Positions 56,722 to 64,000 of a stretch of 64,000 bases of DNA are shown in pieces. The stretch is from Candidatus Micrarchaeia archaeon (lineage in GTDB: Archaea; Micrarchaeota; Micrarchaeia; Burarchaeales; JAVZCV01). The notes beneath the pieces are model-generated. The model worked only from the letters and a program-made list of their open reading frames with translations, searched no databases and was not told where the DNA came from. Each line of letters opens with the position of its first letter. The first letter of the stretch is position 1. The translations under genes were made by a program, and so were the position numbers. The DNA lies in contig JAVZCV010000002.1 of the NCBI GenBank assembly GCA_038874215.1, positions 32,001 to 96,000 of the forward strand, read 5' to 3'.

Positions 56722-57654
56722 ATGAATTATCTTGTTACTGGCGCAACGGGTAGGATAGGCAGGCATCTCGTCCAGAAGCTTGTAAGCGAAGGCAAAAGCG
56801 TCCGCGTTCTCATAAGGAACGAGGGACAGGCGATTTTCATGCCGAAAGGCGCAACACCTGTCTACGGTGATATACGAACATATAGGATAGATGAAGACGT
56901 AGATGTTGTTTTTCATCTTGCCGCACTCGTCAACCACGATGCACCACTCGAAAAGCTTCTGGATATAAATGTAAATGGGACGAAGAACCTTCTTGCAAGC
57001 TGCAAGAACGTAAAGCGCTTCATATTCTGTAGTACGATATCCGTATATGGGAAAAAATTGAAGGAGAAGCCCGCAAACGAGAACACGGAATGCGGTGCAA
57101 AAGACCCGTATGGGAAGTCAAAACTGCTTGCAGAAAAAGAAGTGATAAATTCTGCTGTTGAATGGTCAATACTCCGCCCAGGCGTAGTTTATGGCGTCGG
57201 TTTTGACGAAGGCTTCATACCTGCCCTTGAACTTCTTGAAAAAGGCAGAATGCCTTTAATAGGAAGCGGCGATAACCACATCCCTCTCATCCATGTTTCA
57301 GATGTTGTAAACGCCCTCATTCTCCTATCTGAAAGCGAAAAATCCAAAAACGATATATTTGTTGCCGTTGGCGAGGAGCAAAAAACACAGCGCGAGCTTT
57401 TTGAAATCGCATGCAAGTACCTAAATGTGCCACCACCTAAGAGGAGCGTGCCAATCTGGCTTGCGCGCGCATTTGCCCTTTATTTTGAGCTCTTTTCCAA
57501 GAAGCCCAGAATAACACGAAGCCAGATAGATACAATAACTGCGGACAGGGTTTTTGACATATCAAAAATAAAGTCAATAGGCTACAAACAATCAGTTCCG
57601 CTTGAAGAGGGTATACACGAGATGGTTGAATATTACAGGAGAGGGAGAGACTAG
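56722..57654 (+). CDS. NAD-dependent epimerase/dehydratase (extended SDR)
   Basis: VTGATGRIG, HLAA, YGKSK and LRPG.VYG motifs. Confidence 0.9.
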   Translation: MNYLVTGATGRIGRHLVQKLVSEGKSVRVLIRNEGQAIFMPKGATPVYGDIRTYRIDEDVDVVFHLAALVNHDAPLEKLLDINVNGTKNLLASCKNVKRFIFCSTISVYGKKLKEKPANENTECGAKDPYGKSKLLAEKEVINSAVEWSILRPGVVYGVGFDEGFIPALELLEKGRMPLIGSGDNHIPLIHVSDVVNALILLSESEKSKNDIFVAVGEEQKTQRELFEIACKYLNVPPPKRSVPIWLARAFALYFELFSKKPRITRSQIDTITADRVFDISKIKSIGYKQSVPLEEGIHEMVEYYRRGRD

Positions 57655-58247
57655 ACTGCGAGAGCCCATAATGCCCTCTCAGCGTCCTTCAAGTCATCCG
57701 CATACACAAGAGCGACTGTATCTCCCTCTTGAACCTCAATTTTGCTCAACAAATTTTCCACGGTTTTCAAATACCGCCTGTTTGTTTCATCATCTATATC
57801 GGATAGAAAAGGTTCTTTCCCTATTTTTATGAAGGTTGCACCATACGCACCACACCGCACAGCGGTATCGCGCGCCACGAATGTCTGCCCTATATCTTTA
57901 CATATAACCCCTACAACCGCATTTTTATTAAAAGTCAGTTCATTTCCCCTAATCGTGTTGATTCCCCTAACGAAGCGCTTCATCCTACTCAATACTCTCT
58001 TCCCCTTTTTCGTTAACCTGACACCTCTTTTGTCAATCAAAATAAGACTGTTTTTCAAAAGCAAATTCAAAATAGTCCTTACGCTTCCTTCCCCGACGCC
58101 AAGTTCCCACGCGAGCTTTTTTCTACCCATACTCCTCTTATGCAGTTTGTAGATCGCTCGGTACACATCATAAATGAGAAATTTTCTGCGCGGCCCATAC
58201 TTGTTTTCTACTGCCCTTAGACCACAGAAAAACCCCTCTTTTCTCAT
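57651..58247 (-). CDS. Winged-helix protein (DUF4443/DUF2111-like)
   Basis: MGRKKLAWELGVGEGSVRTIL...G..LT.KG and RD.AVR.GA.GA motifs. Confidence 0.78.
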   Translation of the reverse strand: MRKEGFFCGLRAVENKYGPRRKFLIYDVYRAIYKLHKRSMGRKKLAWELGVGEGSVRTILNLLLKNSLILIDKRGVRLTKKGKRVLSRMKRFVRGINTIRGNELTFNKNAVVGVICKDIGQTFVARDTAVRCGAYGATFIKIGKEPFLSDIDDETNRRYLKTVENLLSKIEVQEGDTVALVYADDLKDAERALWALAV

Positions 58248-58302
58248 GCGGATGGATGTATCTAAAAAATTATATAAACATGTTGGATGATTCATCCAAC
58301 AC

Positions 58303-59271
58303 ATGAAGAAGAATCTATTCGTTTTTACATTGCTTCTCCTGCCCCTCATTGTCAATGCGGGAAAGGTTGGCGTAGTTGTTGATGATGGAACAAGAGTGCT
58401 TACGAGATGCGTTAGTTTTAGCGGTCCTACAACACCCTTGCAAATTCTGCGCAATTCTGGCCTGAACATAGTAGTGCATGAAGACCCGAGCTGGGGCATC
58501 GCCCTCTGCAAGATAGGCAGTGTTGGCTGCCCTTCGGATAACTGTTTCAACTGCAATCCCCCCTACTACTGGGCTTTCTCAAGAATGGAAAACGGCGTTT
58601 GGGTGCATGCAACTGCGGGCGTAGCATGCTATAATGACCCGCCGAGCACTGGTCTTTGGGGAAAATGTCCTGATGAACCGAAGAACTCCTCCCCCATTAT
58701 ATACGATGGGGCAATAATTGGTTTCAAGTGGGTTGATTGGAATGCATGGCCTGCCCCACAACCACCTTTGTACAGCTTTGAAGAAATATGTCCCCCCGCT
58801 GTCAGCGAATCCTACTTTGAGGATGCGCATCACTTCAACATGAGCGTTAATTTCACATGCGCTGGAGAACCCGCAAAAATAACTGTGCTTGAAGGCACCA
58901 CGCCTATACAGTCCCCCAGTCTGCTGATTGAAAGCGATAAGTTCGGAATAATAAATGGTGCGTATGTGAAGTTGTTCAGAAAATCGGGATGGTGGGTGCT
59001 TGAGAAAGCGGGCGAAACCGACGAGAATGGAACCTTTGTTTTCACGCCAAAGAGCGGCATTTACACCATAGATGTGAGTAAAAGAGGCTTCATACCTACA
59101 AGCAAATTCATAGTTGTTGAAGAATGCAACCTGAAACAACACGTACCAGAGCAACCGAGTAGCAGTGGCCAACTTGAAGTCGTAGGGCTTAAAAAATCAA
59201 AAAGAGAGGAAATAGACAAAGAAGTTATCGCGCAAATGCTCTCACTCGTTTTTCATTTCTTCCTGCGCTGA
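58303..59271 (+). CDS. Secreted protein with DUF4430-like N-terminal domain
   Basis: Signal peptide; WGIALCKIG..GCP..NCF...YYWAF......W....G...DGAIIGFKW pattern. Confidence 0.62.
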   Translation: MKKNLFVFTLLLLPLIVNAGKVGVVVDDGTRVLTRCVSFSGPTTPLQILRNSGLNIVVHEDPSWGIALCKIGSVGCPSDNCFNCNPPYYWAFSRMENGVWVHATAGVACYNDPPSTGLWGKCPDEPKNSSPIIYDGAIIGFKWVDWNAWPAPQPPLYSFEEICPPAVSESYFEDAHHFNMSVNFTCAGEPAKITVLEGTTPIQSPSLLIESDKFGIINGAYVKLFRKSGWWVLEKAGETDENGTFVFTPKSGIYTIDVSKRGFIPTSKFIVVEECNLKQHVPEQPSSSGQLEVVGLKKSKREEIDKEVIAQMLSLVFHFFLR

Positions 59272-60504
59272 GTTAGCGTTTTCTCTCGTGGATACTATCA
59301 TGTTTTCGGGCTGCCTGAAAATATTTCCCCTTCTCACTGCAAGCATTATCTTGACTCCTTTTTCCTCTGCCAAATCAACAAGCCTCTGCGTTGCTATGCC
59401 ATCCAGCACAACTGCATACGCACTTTCAATCTCTGAAAGTTCCTTTACGAGATCGCGCACTGGTACCTCTCTCATAAGCGCCAGATTATTATCGTAAATC
59501 CTTGCCCTAAGTGTTGTTTCTAGCTCTTCCAGACTTCTTGTGAGCTCGGGCGGTATCCCCTCTATTTTTGTTGTCTCGGACGGCTGTTCCTCTGGTTGTC
59601 CTACTCTCTTTGGTTCAAACCTTCTTGAATTCTTGTCATTCCTAAACCGCAAATCTCTTCTTTCATCTCCCCTTATTTCTCTTACCGTCTCCTGCTCAAC
59701 GGGTATCCTGTTCCTGAGGCATTTTATTATTTCCTTTCTGGTGAGCTCTTCAACTTCCTTCCCTTTCGGTGCCCTGACTATATAGTCTATATCTGCTGCT
59801 TGCAGAAGCTCCCGTAGTATTATATCCCCTCCCCTATCTCCGTCAAGAAACACTGTTATCTCTTTCTCCCTGCTTAGCTTAATGATTGATTCCGGTACGT
59901 TCGCACCGCCTATCGCAATTACGTTGTTTATTCCGTTTCTGAGCAGGTTGAGAACATCCGCTCTGCCCTCAACGACTATTATATTCTCGTAGGTATTTAT
60001 CCCTGGCCCTGACGGCAACTTCTCGGGGCCGTATTCCGTTATTTCTGCTATTTTTACCTCCTGCCTCACGAGCTCTGATATCTCCTTACTTTCTGGTATT
60101 TCTTCTGAAACGAGCGCTTTTAGAAGCGTTTTCGCCCTCTCAACCACATTCTTTCTTTTCAAACTCCTCGTATCCTCAATCTTCTCAACCGCTATTTTTG
60201 CCTCGCAGGGACCAACGCGGTCAACCGTTTCAAGGGCAGCGGCAAGTATGCTTGTTTCCACCATATCCAGCGAGGATGGAAGCGTTATTTTGCCTATGCT
60301 TCTACCACCCCGAACCTGCAAATCAACTTCTATCCTTCCTATCCTACCATTCTTCTGCAATTCTCTAAGGTCAAGCTCGTCACCAAGCAGACCCTCGGTC
60401 TGCCCAAATATAGCACCAACCACATCGGGCTTTTCAACAAGACCGTTTATCTCAATATTCGCATATATCAGGTATTTTATGGTGTCTATGTATGTTTTTG
60501 CCAT
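59242..60504 (-). CDS. dnaG: Archaeal DnaG (Toprim, exosome-associated)
   Basis: DVVGAIFGQTEGLLG, GRIGRI, VVEGRADV, DGDRGG and KEVEEL motifs. Confidence 0.96.
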   Translation of the reverse strand: MAKTYIDTIKYLIYANIEINGLVEKPDVVGAIFGQTEGLLGDELDLRELQKNGRIGRIEVDLQVRGGRSIGKITLPSSLDMVETSILAAALETVDRVGPCEAKIAVEKIEDTRSLKRKNVVERAKTLLKALVSEEIPESKEISELVRQEVKIAEITEYGPEKLPSGPGINTYENIIVVEGRADVLNLLRNGINNVIAIGGANVPESIIKLSREKEITVFLDGDRGGDIILRELLQAADIDYIVRAPKGKEVEELTRKEIIKCLRNRIPVEQETVREIRGDERRDLRFRNDKNSRRFEPKRVGQPEEQPSETTKIEGIPPELTRSLEELETTLRARIYDNNLALMREVPVRDLVKELSEIESAYAVVLDGIATQRLVDLAEEKGVKIMLAVRRGNIFRQPENMIVSTRENANSAQEEMKNE

Positions 60505-60514
60505 CAAAATCACC

Positions 60515-60913
60515 TCAAATATTTAAAGGCCCAAACCTACTCTGAAACTCTTCAAGGCTATGAAGTATATCCTCAAAAAAATTCAACCCGAGAATGTACT
60601 TCATATCTCTGCGCGTTGTGGTGTCAGCCTTAACACCGTACCCCACAAGCGCTTCTTTAAGTCTAACGCACATTTCACAACCACGTCTGTCAAAATCTGT
60701 GAGCAACAACACCTCCGTATATCTTTCAGAAATTTTTCTTGCAAAATCATCAGCACTCCCCCATATAGTTACTACCTTTCCTACACCTAGCATCTGAAGC
60801 GCCTCTTTATCTCTCTTCCCTTCCACCACAACTACACTCCGCCTTAACTTCTCAATCAACCTCTCAAGTTTTTTACGCTTGTAATCTAATACCCGTTCTC
60901 TCTTTGAACGCAT
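60515..60913 (-). CDS. Small Toprim domain protein
   Basis: VVVEGKRD..AL and LLTDFDRRG motifs. Confidence 0.88.
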   Translation of the reverse strand: MRSKRERVLDYKRKKLERLIEKLRRSVVVVEGKRDKEALQMLGVGKVVTIWGSADDFARKISERYTEVLLLTDFDRRGCEMCVRLKEALVGYGVKADTTTRRDMKYILGLNFFEDILHSLEEFQSRFGPLNI

Positions 60914-61127
60914 CAGCATCAACCCCAATATCAAGCAATTTTTTTCTTTTTCCAAATCCACGGACAATCCTGACCTTGCAAGCGAGCAATCTGCCTAACT
61001 CCCTGACGAGTTCTGCGTTTGCCCTATCCCTCTCGGGTTTTGACCTGACAAACGCCACAAGAACGTTCTTCTCTGCTTTCAAGCCAAATTCTGCAGAGTT
61101 TGGAACTACTTTCACCTCTACCAACAC
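60873..61127 (-). CDS. DUF167/YggU family protein
   Basis: VKVVPNS, P...RANAEL and IVRG...RKK motifs. Confidence 0.85.
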   Translation of the reverse strand: MLVEVKVVPNSAEFGLKAEKNVLVAFVRSKPERDRANAELVRELGRLLACKVRIVRGFGKRKKLLDIGVDADAFKERTGIRLQA

Positions 61128-61149
61128 ACAACCACATCAGAAAGAGTAG

Positions 61150-61219
61150 GATTGTGCTGTGCAATGTTGACTTAGGCTCACTGCTCGGCTATGCTCCCCC
61201 AGCCATCCTTTGCACAGCG
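61150..61219 (-). ncRNA. Candidate single-hairpin H/ACA box guide RNA
   Basis: 9-bp basal stem GCTGTGCAA/TTGCACAGC followed directly by ACA; internal loop; upper stem; K-turn GGA-GC/GC-AGT-GAG; upstream TTTATATT. Confidence 0.6.
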
Positions 61220-61376
61220 AATAATATTGATAATTTTATGAATATAAACCTACTCTTCATCAATGTTTTATCCTATCGTGTTTATAAATATTTGGGTATA
61301 TGCCGCAACCTCGGCGAGTCTGCCAAAATAAATTATCCGACATAAGTTATATAAGCAAAAGCGCAGAATTAGAAAC

Positions 61377-62027
61377 ATGGAAGCCAAAACAATGCGTGGT
61401 GCTGTTGGTATCGGAACCCTGATAATCTTCATAGCGATGGTCCTTGTGGCCGCAATCGCCGCAGCCGTTTTGATAAACGTTTCTGGCATACTGCAACAGA
61501 GGGCAATGACGACGGGTAAGGAAGCAATAGCACAGGTTTCATCAAACCTCATAGTGTTGAGTGTAACGGGCATAACGAACCAAAACAAAACAAATATTGA
61601 TAATCTTACCATAACTCTGAGTGCCGCAGCGGGTGCAGGCAGACTAGACCTCGGTAAAGTTGTTTTGAAAGTAGGGAACGGCGATAACCTTACGGTACAG
61701 AAATACACAAGCACAAGCGGTGCTCTCACAGCAAACGGTGCAAACTTTACTGCGATAGCATTAAGAGACCCTTCAAATCTATTTACGCAGGAAACACCTG
61801 TTATTGATTCAGGCAGCCTGATTCAACTTACAGTTGTGCCGAGCAATGCTTCAGCATACGAAACTTTCAGTTGTGATCCTACAGTTAATCCAGGGGTTCA
61901 GTGCATAGTTCTTCCTCCACGTAGCCCCTTGCATATCGAGCTTATACCAGAACACGGTGCCGCAGTGGTAATTGACGTTGTGACACCCCCTACCTATTCT
62001 ACAACCCAACAGCATCTCTACCCTTAA
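61377..62027 (+). CDS. flaB: Archaellin (archaeal flagellin)
   Basis: Class III signal RG|AVGIGTLIIFIAMVLVAAIAAAVLI...LQQRA..TG. Confidence 0.93.
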   Translation: MEAKTMRGAVGIGTLIIFIAMVLVAAIAAAVLINVSGILQQRAMTTGKEAIAQVSSNLIVLSVTGITNQNKTNIDNLTITLSAAAGAGRLDLGKVVLKVGNGDNLTVQKYTSTSGALTANGANFTAIALRDPSNLFTQETPVIDSGSLIQLTVVPSNASAYETFSCDPTVNPGVQCIVLPPRSPLHIELIPEHGAAVVIDVVTPPTYSTTQQHLYP

Positions 62028-62045
62028 AAGCGACAGGGTAATGTT

Positions 62046-62465
62046 ATGAAAAAATTTAATGCTAGTGCGGCAGAGAAGAATAAAAAGACACCACAAATTA
62101 CAGGGAATTACGGGAACTTATCAAATAAGGAAGCAGAAGAGCTTGAGACGCTTCTATCGGAAGAGCGAACGGCGATGGCAGAGGAGAGGACTATTCTATC
62201 AAAGGAAAGAACACTATTAGCACAGGCAGGCATATTCCTCGGAGTTATTGCGCTGGGTTTCGGTTTAATACGGGTTTATGAGGACTCCGGATACAGCTTT
62301 ATTGTATATATAGGGTGCCTGATAGTACTTCTATCACTCATTCCCCTCTTCATTATCGCAAAAAGGTATACGGAATATGAAAAACTCATATCTAAAATAG
62401 AGCGGGAAGAGCGCTTAAAGAAAAAGGCGATAAAAGCTCTGCTATCAAAAGGGAAGCACGCATAA
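62046..62465 (+). CDS. DUF202-like membrane protein
   Basis: Repeated LSEERT/AEERT/SKERT.LA followed by two TM helices. Confidence 0.75.
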   Translation: MKKFNASAAEKNKKTPQITGNYGNLSNKEAEELETLLSEERTAMAEERTILSKERTLLAQAGIFLGVIALGFGLIRVYEDSGYSFIVYIGCLIVLLSLIPLFIIAKRYTEYEKLISKIEREERLKKKAIKALLSKGKHA

Positions 62466-62511
62466 CTATTTTAAACTATGGGGTTAAATTTATAAGTTTA
62501 GGTGTTTCGCT

Positions 62512-63420
62512 TTGAAGAAAACATGTCCTGAATGCGGTGGAGATAAGCTAACGCGCGACTATGTGCGTGGCGAGCTCATATGCACTAATTGTGGTTTAGT
62601 GGTAGAGGAGGATATAGCTGACCAAGGTCCAGAGTGGCGTGCTTTTGATGCAGAGCAACGAGATACTCGCGCACGCGGCGGTGCTCCTATTAATTATATG
62701 AGACCGAACAAGGGCCTTGTTACAGAAATAGACAAATACAACCGAGATATAAGGGGAGCCCGAATATCATCGGGTAAAAAGGAGCAGATGTACAGGCTTA
62801 GAAAATGGCACAAGAGGGCGAGCATAGCCACTTCCATGGAGCGAAACCTTGCGATAGCGCTCAGCGAGCTCAGCCGCATGGCATCATATTTGGGCTTGGC
62901 GGAGGAGATAAGAGAATCCGCAGCGCTTCTTTACAGAAACTGCGTGAAGAAAGGGCTTGTTAAGGGCAGAACGATAGAGGTTGTAGTCGCAGCCGTCATA
63001 TATATAATATGCAGAAAAAGAGGAGTGCCAAGAACGCTCAACGAGATATCAAAGATTGCGGGAATAGAGAAGAAGGAGATAGGGAGGGCATACCGCTACA
63101 TTGTTCGGGAGCTTGACGTTGATGTTCCGCTTGCAGACCCAACAAAACACATACCGAAGTTCGCCTCAATACTACGCCTTTCTGGCAAGGCTCAGGAAGA
63201 AGCACTTGAGATTTTGAAAAAGGCATCAAAGAAAGGACTCATTTCCGGAAGAGGCCCGACAGGGCTTGCCGCCGCAGCGATATACATAGCGAGCGTTATG
63301 ACCGGAGAGCGAAGGACACAAAAAGAAGTTGCACGGGCAGCGGGCGTTACAGAAGTGACTATAAGGAATAGGTACAGGGAATTAAAGAAAGCCCTTAACC
63401 TTGATGTTGACCTCGTTTAG
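62512..63420 (+). CDS. tfb: Transcription initiation factor IIB
   Basis: CPECG...C..CG Zn ribbon, GPEWRAF, ERNL..AL and GVTEVTIRNRY motifs. Confidence 0.97.
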   Translation: MKKTCPECGGDKLTRDYVRGELICTNCGLVVEEDIADQGPEWRAFDAEQRDTRARGGAPINYMRPNKGLVTEIDKYNRDIRGARISSGKKEQMYRLRKWHKRASIATSMERNLAIALSELSRMASYLGLAEEIRESAALLYRNCVKKGLVKGRTIEVVVAAVIYIICRKRGVPRTLNEISKIAGIEKKEIGRAYRYIVRELDVDVPLADPTKHIPKFASILRLSGKAQEEALEILKKASKKGLISGRGPTGLAAAAIYIASVMTGERRTQKEVARAAGVTEVTIRNRYRELKKALNLDVDLV

Positions 63421-63472
63421 CTTTTTTGCGAAAATATTAAATTTTTAGAAATGCATAATTGTGGGGGGCATC

Positions 63473-64000
63473 TTGCGCGTTTTTCTCTCTGCCTTTCTGT
63501 TGTCTATACTCGCCTGCATGACATTTGGCTACACTCTGGAATACAACTCATCAAAAATAATCCGTGAAAATGGCTTATGGCTTGACTGCAAGCCTACGGC
63601 AGTCTCATATTCATGCTATATAGACCATGCAACGAAGATATTCACAAGCACCGTTTCTTGTAGCTATGACTCAGAAAACGATGTTTATCTTGTTGGCAGA
63701 GAGCAAAAGCACTCCTTCAATCTTATCGCAAGAGAGCTTCTATCCGATATAAATCTTGAAATATCCTATATAGCCCACTCATGCGGTAGGCTTATTCTCT
63801 CCCTTAACAATTGCAACACAACGGTTGATACGATAGGCTTAGGCTGCCCGATCGTCATGAAAAGCATCTATTTCAGCCGTTCTTGCATAAAAAACGGCAC
63901 GAATACCCTATCGTTTATTGCAGATGACTGCCCCATCTGGATATCCCTTGGGAAAGGAACGTGTCCGTCTGGTTGCGGACCGTTTTTCGCGAGAATGTAC
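63473..64000 (+). CDS. Secreted hypothetical protein, 3'-truncated (not in ORF track)
   Basis: Frame open from TTG 63473 to the window end; signal-peptide-like MRVFLSAFLLSILACMTFG. Confidence 0.65.
   Translation, partial: MRVFLSAFLLSILACMTFGYTLEYNSSKIIRENGLWLDCKPTAVSYSCYIDHATKIFTSTVSCSYDSENDVYLVGREQKHSFNLIARELLSDINLEISYIAHSCGRLILSLNNCNTTVDTIGLGCPIVMKSIYFSRSCIKNGTNTLSFIADDCPIWISLGKGTCPSGCGPFFARMY

Noticed and set aside
61150-61219. SRP RNA or riboswitch interpretation of the GC-rich hairpin
   Set aside because: It lacks the SRP helix-8 motif and TPP or fluoride riboswitch consensus; H/ACA architecture fits better.
61293-61324. Small hairpin TGCCG-CAACCT-CGGCG upstream of the archaellin gene
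   Set aside because: Too short and without a recognisable motif to call as an RNA or operator.

Overview
Gene-dense archaeal chromosome segment. It is most likely from a DPANN archaeon of the Micrarchaeota lineage; this is inferred from the ARMAN-type three-unit splicing endonuclease, the multi-intron tRNAs and the very short intergenic spacers. Most genes are housekeeping: the rnp4-rps19e-rpl39e-rpl31e-aIF6-rpl18a-prefoldin-ftsY string, srp54, radA/RPA, dnaG, TFB, rpoK, rnhB, pyrG/pyrBI/prs/hxlB/rpiA/tmk, and geranylgeranyl reductase with a ferredoxin. The window also holds a ~8 kb glycosylation locus, several paralogous cell-surface proteins and a lone archaellin. Four small CDS and a partial terminal CDS absent from the ORF track were translated by hand. 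The most notable signals are non-coding. (1) Two tRNA genes each carry three bulge-helix-bulge (BHB) introns: tRNA-Ile with the rare UAU anticodon, and tRNA-Glu(UUC). (2) A short hairpin plus CAYCAAAA element occurs in two separate tRNA-Glu introns, each able to fold in two alternative ways, and related copies lie in intergenic DNA. (3) A candidate K-turn H/ACA guide RNA with its own TATA box lies between the DUF167 and archaellin genes. All protein calls rest on motif recognition; no database searches were run.
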